Assembly: GCF_003334255.1 (NCBI RefSeq) | Contig: NZ_QOWU01000010.1 | Strand: one strand, 5' to 3' | Length of the DNA: 64,000 nt | From: Escherichia coli | Lineage (GTDB): Bacteria; Pseudomonadota; Gammaproteobacteria; Enterobacterales; Enterobacteriaceae | Shown here: piece after piece, positions 33,403 through 45,718 of the stretch | Layout: each line of letters opens with the position of its first letter | Numbering within the stretch: position 1 is the first letter of the stretch | The notes under the pieces: generated by a model | What the model was told of the DNA's origin: nothing | Seen by the model: only the letters and a program-made list of their open reading frames with translations | The model's database searches: none | Position numbers and translations under genes: made by a program

Positions 33403-34122
33403 TTATTCCCATGCATGAGGCGCAAAAAGATAGCCTTTGTTACGCACAGTTTTAATGCGATAAGGTTCTGCGGCGTTATCGAGCAGTTTTTTTCTTAACC
33501 GCGAAATAGCCACGTCCACGCTACGATCCAGTCCGTCATAACTGACGCCGCGTAAATTTTTCAGCAATGCATCGCGGTCCATGATTTGCCCGGCATGGGT
33601 AGCTAATTCCCACAATAATTCGAAATCAGCTGTCGAGAGCGAGATTTCAGTGTTAGCCAGGGTGACTACGCGGTTGATGGGATCGATGGTCAACGTGCCG
33701 AAATGCAGGGCTTTGTAGGGAGTCAGAGACGTTTCCTGAAGACCTTTGGTCAGTGTGGCTTGCTCATTCTGACGCAAATGCAAACGTAAACGCGCTAGCA
33801 AAACAGCAGGGGGCGTCGTTTTGAGAATATAGTCGCAGGCACCCATTTCCAGTGCCAGGATGTGGTTCATATCGCTATCGAGAGAGGTTAGAAGAACAAT
33901 CGGTCCAGACCACTTTGCGCGTAAATCACGACAAATGGTCATGCCGTCCTTGCCTGGTAGCATGATGTCGAGTAACACCAAATCCGGATTTTCTCGCAAA
34001 ATGGTTTCTTCGGCCTGGTCGCCGCGCGGCTCTACGGTAACCTGCATATCATGTTTTGCCAGGTACGCGGCAATCAGTGAACCGACTTCCGCATCATCTT
34101 CCACAAATACGATAGTGTTCAT
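33403..34122 (-). CDS. rstA: OmpR-family response regulator
   Basis: Trimmed to MNTIVFVEDDAEVGSLIAAYL (239 aa). It has a receiver domain and a winged-helix C-terminus. Confidence 0.92.
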   Translation of the reverse strand: MNTIVFVEDDAEVGSLIAAYLAKHDMQVTVEPRGDQAEETILRENPDLVLLDIMLPGKDGMTICRDLRAKWSGPIVLLTSLDSDMNHILALEMGACDYILKTTPPAVLLARLRLHLRQNEQATLTKGLQETSLTPYKALHFGTLTIDPINRVVTLANTEISLSTADFELLWELATHAGQIMDRDALLKNLRGVSYDGLDRSVDVAISRLRKKLLDNAAEPYRIKTVRNKGYLFAPHAWE

Positions 34123-34250
34123 AACATTCACGGTAGATATAAAAACGTCACAATACACCGCGCTGTTTTTACTTACTATCAATCGTTTCTAAACAAGTTT
34201 TCATCAGGTATTCTACTGATGACTTGTTATGGAAGTGTTAAGGTAAAAAG

Positions 34251-34586
34251 ATGGGGCTGGTAATCAAAGCCGCGCTCGGTGCGCTGGTAGTGCTGTTGAT
34301 TGGTGTTTTAGCAAAAACGAAAAATTATTATATCGCCGGGCTGATTCCACTTTTCCCGACCTTTGCGCTTATCGCGCATTATATTGTTGCCAGCGAACGC
34401 GGCATTGAAGCCTTACGCGCAACCATCATTTTTAGTATGTGGTCGATTATTCCCTATTTTGTTTACCTGGTGTCGCTGTGGTATTTCACCGGAATGATGC
34501 GCTTGCCCGCCGCTTTTGTTGGTTCTGTTGCGTGTTGGGGGATAAGCGCATGGGTGTTGATTATATGCTGGATAAAGCTGCATTAA
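34251..34586 (+). CDS. ydgC: GlpM-family inner-membrane protein
   Basis: 111-aa hydrophobic ORF recognised as K-12 YdgC. Confidence 0.88.
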   Translation: MGLVIKAALGALVVLLIGVLAKTKNYYIAGLIPLFPTFALIAHYIVASERGIEALRATIIFSMWSIIPYFVYLVSLWYFTGMMRLPAAFVGSVACWGISAWVLIICWIKLH

Positions 34587-35305
34587 CGCAGATGACGACC
34601 GCCATCAAGTGGGAAACTGCGTCCGGTGACAAAGCAACTGGTAAGTAAGTAATCGACCAGGTCGATCACTTCTTTCTCGCCAGGCGCGGTTTTCATCAGT
34701 GATTTATTCAGCGCCTGTTGTCGATATTCGGCATCATCATGTTCATTAAACAGGATCAGCGATGGCGCAATAGAATTCACTTTCACTTCCGGTGCCAGCT
34801 TGCGGGCAAACGAGCGGGTCATATTATCCAGTGCCGCTTTGCTTGCAGCATACGCAATATGTTTGTCGCTACCGCGCTCCACCACATAATCGGTAAAGTG
34901 AATGATATCGCTGGCGGCGTGTCCGTGCCCACGCAGTAATCTTTCCAGCGCATGGTTGAGCAGGTATGGGGTATTAACGTGGATCTGCATCATGCAAGCC
35001 AGTACGTCGGCCAGTGGCGCACCCGGTTTTTCCGCCATCCACGCACTGGCGTTATGCAAAATAGCACGCAGACCATGGGTGCTTTTTAGTACTTCATCGG
35101 CAAACGCCATCACACCGTCGTTGGTCGAAAAATCAGCCTGAATACACTGCGCACCTGCATTAATCAGTCCATCAATGGCTGGATAGTGTGTCCGATAGCT
35201 GACAATCACCGGTTGCTTTTGATTAATGAAATGCCATGCGAGGGCGAGGCCGATGCGACGACCTCCGCCAGTAATTAATATTGGCAAGGGCTGGGTTTTA
35301 CCCAT
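34583..35305 (-). CDS. folM: Dihydromonapterin/dihydrofolate reductase (SDR family)
   Basis: 240-aa ORF starting MGKTQPLPILITGGGRRIGLALAWHF, recognised as K-12 FolM (YdgB). Confidence 0.92.
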   Translation of the reverse strand: MGKTQPLPILITGGGRRIGLALAWHFINQKQPVIVSYRTHYPAIDGLINAGAQCIQADFSTNDGVMAFADEVLKSTHGLRAILHNASAWMAEKPGAPLADVLACMMQIHVNTPYLLNHALERLLRGHGHAASDIIHFTDYVVERGSDKHIAYAASKAALDNMTRSFARKLAPEVKVNSIAPSLILFNEHDDAEYRQQALNKSLMKTAPGEKEVIDLVDYLLTSCFVTGRSFPLDGGRHLR

Positions 35306-35341
35306 CGTTATCTCCTTTGCTATCCAACGATGGGATGAACG

Positions 35342-36724
35342 TTATCCCACCAGCATCCAGGTCGCCGGAACTGAGGCAATTAACAGCATGCCAATCAGCA
35401 CCATTTCCTGACGGTTCAGTACATTATCATGGGTATGCGTTTTGCGCGCGTACAGGAAAACCAGCAGCCCCGGTGCATACAGAACAACGGATAACAGCAA
35501 GTGCATTGGACCAGAGGCGTACAATAACCATAAGCCATAAATGCAGGCACCGACACCTACCGCTTTATGCAGTGGACGGGTTGCGATTTTCAGCAAGAAC
35601 GCGCCGACCAGGAAATAGGGCACCAGAATCATTTCTGAGGCGATGGTCAGCAACGTGTTGTAATCGGAACCGGTCAGCCAGATGAGTACCAGACAAATTT
35701 GCACGCAGATGTTGGTCAACCACAGTGAGGCGGATGGCGCAGCTTGTGCGTTCTGGCGCGCAAAAATGCGCGGGAATGCTTTATGAGTGGCGGCCAGGAA
35801 CGGTACTTCTGCTGCCATGATGGTCCAGCTTAAGTACGCGCCGCAAACGGAAACGATCAAACCGGCAGCGATGATGATTTCGCCCCATGGTCCCATCATT
35901 TCCACCATCAGACCGGCCATTGACGGGTTACGAATTTCAGCCAGTTCAGGACGTGCCACCACACCCAGCGAAAGCAGCGTTACCAGCAAGTAAACGCCCA
36001 GAGCGGAGAGAACCGCCAGCAGTGTCGCTTTGCCAACATCACGTTTATTACGCGCACGCGCAGAAACAACCACGGCACCTTCCACACCAATGAAAACCCA
36101 CAGGGTGATCAGCATGGTGTTTTTCACCTGTTCCCAAACGGGTACGCCAAGTGCAAGTCCGGTGAAGTCGAGCTTGAAGGTATCCAGTTTGAACATCATC
36201 ATCGCCAGCACAACAAACAGACCCAGCGGCAACAATTTTGCCAGTGTCGCCACCAGGTTAATGCTGGCAGCGGTTTGCACCCCGCGCAGGATCAAAAAGT
36301 GAACAATCCACAATAAAGCCGATGCACCGACTATCGATTGCCAGGTATTACCATCGCCAAACAGGCGCAATTCCGGCGTGTCCGTAAAAAAGCTTAACGC
36401 GGAAAAAACGATCACCAGATAGGAGACGTTGGCGATGACTGCGCACAGCCAGTATCCCCATGCGGAACAAAAGCCGATTAGCTCGCCAAACCCTTCGCGG
36501 GCATAGGTAAAGATACCGCCGTCAAGTTCGGGACGAATGCGCGTGAGGATCAGCATGGCAAAGGCCAGCAATAAAATGCCAGCGCCAGTAATACCCCAGC
36601 CGATGAGCAGTGCTGCCGGGCTGGCAACTGCCGCCATATTTTGCGGCAGACTGAAAACACCCGCGCCCAGCATTGAGCTTAATACCAGCGCGGTGAGTGC
36701 GCTCAGTCCCAGTTTCTTTTCCAT
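35342..36724 (-). CDS. ydgI: Putative arginine:ornithine antiporter (APC family)
   Basis: 460-aa 12-13 TM ORF starting MEKKLGLSALTALVLSSMLGAGVFSLPQNMA, recognised as K-12 YdgI/ArcD-like. Confidence 0.92.
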   Translation of the reverse strand: MEKKLGLSALTALVLSSMLGAGVFSLPQNMAAVASPAALLIGWGITGAGILLLAFAMLILTRIRPELDGGIFTYAREGFGELIGFCSAWGYWLCAVIANVSYLVIVFSALSFFTDTPELRLFGDGNTWQSIVGASALLWIVHFLILRGVQTAASINLVATLAKLLPLGLFVVLAMMMFKLDTFKLDFTGLALGVPVWEQVKNTMLITLWVFIGVEGAVVVSARARNKRDVGKATLLAVLSALGVYLLVTLLSLGVVARPELAEIRNPSMAGLMVEMMGPWGEIIIAAGLIVSVCGAYLSWTIMAAEVPFLAATHKAFPRIFARQNAQAAPSASLWLTNICVQICLVLIWLTGSDYNTLLTIASEMILVPYFLVGAFLLKIATRPLHKAVGVGACIYGLWLLYASGPMHLLLSVVLYAPGLLVFLYARKTHTHDNVLNRQEMVLIGMLLIASVPATWMLVG

Positions 36725-36909
36725 CGATATCCAGTGATTAAAACGTGATAAGAAGAATAAATATTAGGGCAAAACGCATAAAAATGGAGTTTGCCACTGA
36801 AGCGCGGGATTTTACGAAGAGATGTGTCTGCATGCAATGGTCGCGGGGAAATTTGTGACTAAAAATGCGAAAGGCGGCATCAAGCCGCCTTATAGGAGTA
36901 ACTGAATAG

Positions 36910-37854
36910 TTATTTATACAGATCTGCGCTGACGGTCAGGTTATTACCACGTTCCTGCCACTGGCGGGTGATGTGGTAATACTTAGCACCTTTCTTCGCG
37001 GCACGTTTCGCAACCTGATAGGAGACTTCGGTCATGTTGCCGTAGTTGCCAGAGAATTTGATGCTGTCGAACGGGACCATCATCGCTGCGGTCGCTTTGT
37101 TCAGTTCTTCGACTTTAGTGCCATCCGGGAGCGTGACGGTGTAACGCCCGCCTTTTGATGACTGGGTTTCAAAGAAGCGACCGACTTCAGAACTTGGTGA
37201 TGCGGTAGTCGCAACACCCGGGATCTCAACTTTCTTCGCGGCTTCGCCACCGGCAGCCAGAGCTGCACGTCCTGCTTCGGAATCTGCCGGGATCACATCC
37301 GGGCTCTGGACGATACGTTTCTTAGCATCTTTTTTATAGATGAATGCAGTAATACGCTGGTTGCCGCCCTGGTTGGCATCGATTTGACGAACGATGTAGA
37401 AAGAGTAGGCACCTTTCGCTTTTGCCGCTTTGGTGATGGCATCATTGACTTCTGGCTGGCTACGATAGAAGCCCTGGACGGTGACCGTGTCAAACGGTTC
37501 AATCAGAACAGCCTGATCTTTCGGCAGTTCGACAACACCGTTAATTACGCGATTACTTGTTTCTTCTGCTTTTTCAGCATCGGCTTTATAGAGGTCAGCG
37601 ACCACACGCCAGTTACCGCTGTTACCAAAATCAGAAGTGTCGACAACATAAAAAGAGGCGGCACCTTCTTTATCTGCGCGACGAGAAACGGCTTTCACCG
37701 CTTCGCCAATAGCATTAAAACGACCGGTAACCACTACACGGTCAAAAGGTTTAACCGCTGCCGCTTGCTCCGGTGTCAGTTCTGTTGCTGCGTTAACGGA
37801 GAATGCCGTAGCAGAAAGCAGTGCCGACGCCAGGAGGGTGTTCTTAAGCTTCAT
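36910..37854 (-). CDS. ydgH: Periplasmic DUF1471-repeat protein
   Basis: 314-aa ORF with a signal peptide (MKLKNTLLASALLSATAFSVNA) and three internal YdgH/BhsA-like repeats. Confidence 0.92.
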   Translation of the reverse strand: MKLKNTLLASALLSATAFSVNAATELTPEQAAAVKPFDRVVVTGRFNAIGEAVKAVSRRADKEGAASFYVVDTSDFGNSGNWRVVADLYKADAEKAEETSNRVINGVVELPKDQAVLIEPFDTVTVQGFYRSQPEVNDAITKAAKAKGAYSFYIVRQIDANQGGNQRITAFIYKKDAKKRIVQSPDVIPADSEAGRAALAAGGEAAKKVEIPGVATTASPSSEVGRFFETQSSKGGRYTVTLPDGTKVEELNKATAAMMVPFDSIKFSGNYGNMTEVSYQVAKRAAKKGAKYYHITRQWQERGNNLTVSADLYK

Positions 37855-38314
37855 AAAAATAATCCTTCGCCTTGCGCAAACCAGGTACTGGTATTGTTAT
37901 TAACGAGAAACGTGGCTGATTATTGCATTTAAACGGTGTAACTGTCTGCGTCATTTTTCATATCACATTCCTTAAGCCAATTTTAATCCTGCTCAAATGA
38001 CCGTCTATGCTTAAAAAACAGCCGTATCAGCATCATTACTACTGAAGCAACTGAATTGTATAAGTTAATTTAATGTTAAGTAGTGATTCGTGCCGGGGCG
38101 ATGTCTCGTTTTACCCGACCGTCGAAGACAATTATCAGTCTTTATCCGGCGTTCTAAGGTGTTTATCCCACTATCACGGCTGAATCGTTAATATTTTGCG
38201 AGTTCACGCCGAAATACTGATTTTTGGCGCTAGATCACAGGCATAATTTTCAGTACGTTATAGGGCGTTTGTTACTAATTTATTTTAACGGAGTAACATT
38301 TAGCTCGTACATGA

Positions 38315-39910
<1,596 letters not shown>

Positions 39911-39917
39911 GGGGTAA

Positions 39918-41309
<1,392 letters not shown>

Positions 41310-41312
41310 CCC

Positions 41313-41336
41313 TGACGGCCTCTGCTGAGGCCGTCA
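41313..41336. terminator. Hairpin between convergent pntB and tqsA
   Basis: TGACGGCCTC (41313-41322) pairs with GAGGCCGTCA (41327-41336) around the loop TGCT. Confidence 0.65.
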
Positions 41337-42240
41337 CTCTTTATTGAGATCGCTTAACAGAACGGCGATGCTTTGACCTCCCGCTGTTTGTTCAAGCGCA
41401 ATTTTGACAATAATTGTCAACGGCACGGAAAGCAGCATACCCACCGGTCCTAACAACCATCCCCAAAAAATCAACGACAAAAATACCACCAATGTGGAAA
41501 GCCCCAGCCCACGCCCCATGATACGCGGCTCCAGAATATTGCCGAAGACCAGATTAATCAGCAGATATCCCGCCAGCACCAGCAACGCTTCGTAGAAGCC
41601 ATTAAACACCAGTACCTGAGCGATAGGGGGGATTGCCGCGAGGACTGAACCAATATTCGGGATGTAATTAAGCGCAAAGGCCAGCAATCCCCAGACAAAA
41701 GCGAAGCGAACATCGAGTGCGGCGAGCATCGCCCAGGCGACCAGGCCGGTGATGATGCTGATGGCTGTTTTCAGCACCAGATAATGAGAAACACTGTCAA
41801 TCGCACGTTGAATCGCCGCCATCCCTTCAACCGGACGCGCCATCATTTGCTGAAATTTTCCGGGCAATTGTGGCACTTCGAGCAGCATAAACAGCACCGT
41901 CAGCAGCAATAAAAATATTGATGACATGGCATTAGATAACTGCGTCAATAAGTTGGTGAGCAACGTCATCGCCGCGTTCGGATCAATATAATGCGCCAGC
42001 TGGTCAACTGAGACGTCAATCCCTACGCGTTGCAACAACGGTTCAAGCGCTTGCAGCGGCGTCATAATAGAGTTGCGATATTGCGGTAACGTCCGCGTCA
42101 ACTCGTTGAGCGCGGAACCCAGATAAGCTAATAGCAACACCATCGCCATCACGATGATGGTCATCAAAATCGACACCGCCAGTACACGCGGCACACGCCA
42201 GCGGACCATGTGTTGCACCAGCGGGTTAAGAATAACAGCA
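41334..42240 (-). pseudogene. tqsA: tqsA (AI-2 exporter) 3' fragment, codons about 47-344, severed from its 5' end by the island
   Basis: The minus-strand frame reads ...[26 protein letters not shown]... through to LSDLNKE. Identity to K-12 TqsA stops at 42240, where island sequence begins. No native start codon or promoter remains. Confidence 0.88.
42232..42240 (+). repeat. Left copy of the 9-bp junction direct repeat ATAACAGCA (attL core candidate)
   Basis: The same 9-mer occurs at 57098-57106. Joining chromosome ...GTTAAGAATAACAGCA to ATAAATAATGCG restores an uninterrupted tqsA frame (..[11 protein letters not shown]..). Confidence 0.8.
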
Positions 42241-42325
42241 TTTTATCATTTAGTGTTTTTTGCTGTTTCATAATGTTTCAGGCTGTGCATTATGTTTTTG
42301 ATTATCAACAGATTTGTGATTTTCC

Positions 42326-42395
42326 TTGTTCCAGCTTGTTTCACGTTGTAGCCCTTTGTGCAACGATCGGTGTAGTCACTGGTGTAGTCACTTTT
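42326..42395 (+). promoter_or_regulatory. Left subterminal repeat block: TTGTTCC..GTTGT motif plus tandem GGTGTAGTCAC x2 (candidate Int arm-type / AlpA sites)
   Basis: TTGTTCCAGCTTGTTTCACGTTGTA lies at 42326-42350 and GGTGTAGTCAC-T-GGTGTAGTCAC at 42369-42391. An imperfect direct copy of the whole block lies at 56969-57028. Confidence 0.55.
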
Positions 42396-42415
42396 TCGTA
42401 AAGAGGGGGTAAAAC

Positions 42416-43645
42416 GTGAGCAGAGCAATGAACAAACTGAGCGATACCTTGCTAAGGAAACTTCATGGTAAGCCAGCGGAGAAAAACACGTTTTATAGTG
42501 ATGGCGGAAACCTGAGCGTGAAATATTTAACATCAGGGAAATTGACCTGGTATTTCACATACAGGGCCGGAACGGGAAGGGAGACACGACCCGAACGCAT
42601 TAAGCTGGGAAGTTATCCTGATCTGAGCCTGAAAGCAGCCAGGGAAAAAGCCGCACAGTGTCGCACATGGCTGGCTGAGGGGAAAAATCCACGTCATGAG
42701 ATGAATTACACCGTACAGGAAGCGTTAAAGCCCGTAACGGTTGGCGATGCGCTCACCTACTGGCTTGAGTATTACGTAAAGGAAAACCGCGTGGATTATA
42801 TCGCCCTGAAAAGGCGACTTAATAATCACGTAATACAGCAGATTGGTGCTATGCCGCTGGATAAATGCGAGCTACGGCACTGGCTGGCCTGTTTTGACCA
42901 GGTGGCAAAGCGAACGCCTGTTACTGCCGGATTCGTGCTACAGGCGTGCAAACAGGCGCTTAAGTTCTGCCGTAGGCGGCGCTATGCAATCAGCAACGTT
43001 CTGGACGATCTGAACGTGGCGGACGTTGGGAAAAAACCGGATATAAGCGAACGTGTCTTAAGTAACAAAGAACTTGGCGAATTATTGCAGGCACTGGACA
43101 AAAAAATATTTTCCCCTTACTACGTCGCGTTAATCCGCCTCCTGATTGTCTTCGGAGCCAGGACGGTAGAACTGAGGCTATCGGAGATCGGGGAGTGGGA
43201 TTTTACGGAAATGCTATGGACCGTTCCGAAGGAGCACAGCAAAACGAAGGTCGCAATATTCCGGCCCATACCGGAAGCGATCCTGCCGTTCGTCACGCAG
43301 CTGGTGGAGCAGAACAGGCACACGGGCTTATTGCTGGGGGAAGTGAAACAGGAGGCCAGCGTATCGCAGTATGGAAGATTAGCGCACAGGAGGCTTAATC
43401 ATCCTCACTGGTCACTGCATGACATCCGGCGCACCTTTACAACCATGCTGAACGATTTAGGCGTTGATCCGCATGTCGTGGAGCAGCTTACAGGTCATCA
43501 GATGCCAGGAATGCAGCGAGTTTATAATCATTCCCGTTATCTGGATGCTAAACGCAATGCGCTGGATATGTGGATGGAGCGGTTAGGGATACTGGCGGGA
43601 ACACATGAAAACGTAACCACGCTACCAGTAGCCAGAAGAAAATAA
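42416..43645 (+). CDS. int: Tyrosine recombinase/integrase, P4-type (N-terminal arm-binding domain)
   Basis: 409-aa ORF with a GTG start (alternative ATG at 42428). The N-terminus LSDTLLRKL..KNTFYSDGGNLSVKYLTSGKLTWYFTYR is typical of P4-like integrases. The C-terminus HDIRRTFTTML..LTGHQ..VYNHSRY carries the catalytic R..HxxR..Y set. Confidence 0.9.
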   Translation: MSRAMNKLSDTLLRKLHGKPAEKNTFYSDGGNLSVKYLTSGKLTWYFTYRAGTGRETRPERIKLGSYPDLSLKAAREKAAQCRTWLAEGKNPRHEMNYTVQEALKPVTVGDALTYWLEYYVKENRVDYIALKRRLNNHVIQQIGAMPLDKCELRHWLACFDQVAKRTPVTAGFVLQACKQALKFCRRRRYAISNVLDDLNVADVGKKPDISERVLSNKELGELLQALDKKIFSPYYVALIRLLIVFGARTVELRLSEIGEWDFTEMLWTVPKEHSKTKVAIFRPIPEAILPFVTQLVEQNRHTGLLLGEVKQEASVSQYGRLAHRRLNHPHWSLHDIRRTFTTMLNDLGVDPHVVEQLTGHQMPGMQRVYNHSRYLDAKRNALDMWMERLGILAGTHENVTTLPVARRK

Positions 43646-43694
43646 TTTTTTTCGTGTTTTTTCAGTATGCGCATACTGGATATGCGAACAGATA

Positions 43695-43740
43695 CAACAT
43701 GCAACAATGAGCAACAATGCGGAACAACTACGAACAAGAG
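43695..43740 (-). promoter_or_regulatory. Inverted copy of the TTGTTC(C/G)..GTTGTT motif cluster downstream of int
   Basis: The plus strand reads CAACATGCAACAATGAGCAACAATGCGGAACAACTACGAACAAGAG, the reverse complement of CTCTTGTTCGTAGTTGTTCCGCATTGTTGCTCATTGTTGCATGTTG. Compare 49457-49484. Confidence 0.45.
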
Positions 43741-44019
43741 ACGAAAAAGTGTACGGATTTATAAGTAGCTGATTTTTAATGTGTTACTGGTTTTTTATAC
43801 ACTAGCGAATCACTCTTTAAATAGCGAGAAAAAAGGCATGAAACAATATTTTATGCCTTTGTATTAACATGAATTTAAATGATTTTATCCTGATTATTCC
43901 TGTTTCTGTAAACCATACGACCTCAACATTTGCCAACTCTGAATCATCCTGACACAATCAGACACATCCCAACGCAATAGAACACGAAATAACTCTTTAA
44001 GAAACGAAAGGGGGCAATA

Positions 44020-44208
44020 GTGTTAAGCACTGATCGGTTTATACGTGAAAAAGAATGCGAAAAGCTAACAGGCCTTAGCCGCTCATGCCGCTACCGCCTG
44101 GAAAAGGCCGGACAATTCCCATCACGTCGTAAACTTGGCGGTCGTTCCGTTGGCTGGTCTTTATCCGAGGTTCTGGCCTGGAAGGATAGCTGCAAGGCAG
44201 TTCATTAA
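44020..44208 (+). CDS. alpA: AlpA-family transcriptional regulator / excisionase-like DNA-binding protein
   Basis: 62-aa ORF (GTG start) with REKECEKLTGLSRSCRYRLEKAGQFPSRRKLGGRSVGWSLSEVLAWK. This matches the AlpA/Xis winged-helix pattern (..TGLSRST.YRL...G.FP.P.KLG.RSV.W...EV..W). Confidence 0.85.
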   Translation: MLSTDRFIREKECEKLTGLSRSCRYRLEKAGQFPSRRKLGGRSVGWSLSEVLAWKDSCKAVH

Positions 44209-44353
44209 TCACGCTGGCGGCACACAGCCGCCACACATCAATCATCTGAACACAGAGCTATAACCATGAAGATTGAATATACGCCAGAACGTGGGCGGGG
44301 ATTCGTTCGCCCTGGTGAGACTGGAAAACCACAAAATTGGGGTTTTTCAGGCA

Positions 44354-44383
44354 TAAAAAAAGCGGCCCCGAAATGGAGCCGCC
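44354..44383 (-). terminator. Rho-independent terminator for the leftward (repressor) transcript
   Basis: The minus strand reads GCGGCTCC-atttc-GGGGCCGC followed by T7. Confidence 0.65.
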
Positions 44384-44477
44384 TTTCTGAACAGATAACA
44401 CGCTGCGCCGTTTGTGTGTGTGATCCCAAACATAAGCACGGGGATGATAGCCGCTATCAGGCTGGTGGGCAATGCAA

Positions 44478-44666
44478 TCAGTCTGGTTCAGTTCGTTGCC
44501 ATACCTGCAATGAGCGCTTTTCCCTGTACTCTTTAAGGAATTGCTCAAGGGCAAAAGCACATGGCGCGAATCTTTCTGATTCATGCTCTATCTTTCTGCG
44601 CCGTCTTTTCCGTGCCGGTGATAATGTTTTGGTCAATTCTTTATCGGTCATTGTGTTGTCCTGCAT
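44478..44666 (-). CDS. Hypothetical small basic protein (57-62 aa), second gene of the leftward operon
   Basis: The ORF lies between the RHH gene and the leftward terminator. The alternative start at 44651 (MTDKELTK) has an AGGA 7-8 nt upstream, and an RKRRRRK patch is present. I recognise no homologue. Confidence 0.35.
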   Translation of the reverse strand: MQDNTMTDKELTKTLSPARKRRRRKIEHESERFAPCAFALEQFLKEYREKRSLQVWQRTEPD

Positions 44667-44708
44667 AGCAATGCGCCGTAATACCTCACACCACGGCGCT
44701 GATAGTGA

Positions 44709-45014
44709 TTATTCTGATTCTTTGGCCTTGCGGCGCTGTAGTTCTTCACGAGCGATGGCGATAAGTTGCCCGAGTTCTTCCGTAGCTTTAATACCAATTT
44801 TTTCCACTTGCGCCAATGCATCGAGAGAAGAAATCAGAGGATTTTCACTGCTTCCTTCTGCCTGGCGGCGGGCGATCTCCCCGCGCATGGCGGTTACTAT
44901 GAATCCGGCGTTGCTTTCGCCGTCCAGTTTTACGGATTCCATGCCATCAAAAGCATCATGTGGGATACGAATTGAAATCTGTTTTGATTTGTCGTTGATA
45001 GTGTTTTTTGCCAT
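44709..45014 (-). CDS. Putative ribbon-helix-helix (Arc/CopG-like) repressor of the island
   Basis: Start set at the ATG at 45014, 6 nt from AGGAGA at 45021-45026. The 101-aa protein MAKNTINDKSKQISIRIPHDAFDGMESVKLDGESNAGFIVTAMRGEIARRQ has a beta-strand/helix/helix pattern typical of RHH. It is divergent from the rightward operon. Confidence 0.5.
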   Translation of the reverse strand: MAKNTINDKSKQISIRIPHDAFDGMESVKLDGESNAGFIVTAMRGEIARRQAEGSSENPLISSLDALAQVEKIGIKATEELGQLIAIAREELQRRKAKESE

Positions 45015-45036
45015 GTGCATTCTCCTAAACAAAAGA

Positions 45037-45113
45037 TGTGATTCAGTATACACAAAAAAGAATCACAAAAAACACTTGACCTGTGATTCAGTTGAATTTA
45101 ATTTAAATCACAC
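45037..45113. promoter_or_regulatory. Divergent switch region: two inverted-repeat operators TGTGATT(C)-N15-17-(G)AATCACA flanking a TTGACC(-35)/TAATTT(-10) rightward promoter candidate
   Basis: O1 is TGTGATTC at 45037-45044 paired with GAATCACA at 45060-45067. O2 is TGTGATTC at 45082-45089 paired with AATCACA at 45106-45112. TTGACC at 45076-45081 is spaced 17 bp from TAATTT at 45099-45104. Confidence 0.5.
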
Positions 45114-45201
45114 CTCAGTAAGAGGATGTAAACGACAACGCCCCGAACTGTTTGCGGCAGTAGCGGGGCGTCTAACCAAACCGTTAACAGGAGTAACGAT
45201 T

Positions 45202-45399
45202 ATGGCTGGAACACAGCATACCCCACGTCTGGCGCACACACAAACTGCCTTTGTGTGGCGTTTTCTGGCACTAAGTGCCGGAGAATCTCAAATCATCCAC
45301 GTAACCGCCTGGACGGAACGCGAAGCGCGTAGCCGTTGCCCGTCCGGTTGTGTTGCTGTATTCGCCGCCCGTATTCGTCAGGGGGTGTGCCATGCCTGA
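45202..45399 (+). CDS. Icd-like (P4 host cell-division inhibitor-like) small protein
   Basis: 65-aa ORF preceded by AGGAG. FVWRFLALSAGESQIIHVTAWTEREARSRCPSGCVAVFAARIR fits the Icd-like pattern (F.W.F.A....I.A.SE.EAR......V..FA.R) as I recall it. It is the only plausible part of the 377-aa track ORF. Confidence 0.5.
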   Translation: MAGTQHTPRLAHTQTAFVWRFLALSAGESQIIHVTAWTEREARSRCPSGCVAVFAARIRQGVCHA

Positions 45400-45712
45400 C
45401 ATGACCAATTACCAGTACCTGATTAATCCGCATTTTAACTGTGAGCATGATATTGCTAAAAAGGTTTATTCCGCTGCGGATGGGGCTACTGACAATATAT
45501 CAATGGCTGTTTCGTCAATTGGTAGCCTGATGTGGTATGCGTCAGAAAATAAGGAATATGACGAAAAGGCCATGCGCATTGATATGGGTAATATTGGTTT
45601 GTTACTGGCAATGCTTGGACATTTTGATATTTCGTTACGGTGCACCATTGAAAATGCCACAGATGCATTAAATGCTATAAAGAAAGCGAATACTGATTCA
45701 AATCGGGGATAA
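45392..45712 (+). CDS. Hypothetical protein (106 aa)
   Basis: The ATG at 45392 overlaps the preceding stop, suggesting translational coupling. I recognise no family. Confidence 0.5.
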   Translation: MPDMTNYQYLINPHFNCEHDIAKKVYSAADGATDNISMAVSSIGSLMWYASENKEYDEKAMRIDMGNIGLLLAMLGHFDISLRCTIENATDALNAIKKANTDSNRG

Positions 45713-45718
45713 ATAATC

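Noticed and set aside
42241-42415. A search for a tRNA or tmRNA gene at the island boundary, the usual integrase target
   Set aside because: No cloverleaf-compatible sequence or tRNA 3' duplication is present at either junction. The junction repeat is a 9-mer inside the tqsA coding sequence.
42210-42533. ORFs 42210-42401 (+) and 42246-42533 (-) at the left junction
   Set aside because: They span the chromosome/island junction or lie antisense to the int start. They sit in AT-rich att-arm sequence and lack ribosome-binding sites.
43663-43678. A perfect 16-bp palindrome CAGTATGCGCATACTG just after the int stop, considered as a terminator
   Set aside because: It has no downstream T-run on either strand. 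It may be a protein-binding site, but I cannot support any specific call. A better minus-strand terminator-like hairpin (AAAGGCAT...ATGCCTTT followed by T-rich sequence) lies at about 43838-43868, with no obvious gene to terminate.
44266-45399. A 377-aa plus-strand ORF spanning the island's regulatory region
   Set aside because: It runs antisense across the RHH-repressor operon, the leftward terminator and the operator region, and its composition is low-complexity (Ser/Cys/Arg-rich). Only its last 65 codons (45202-45399), which have their own AGGAG and an Icd-like sequence, are credible.
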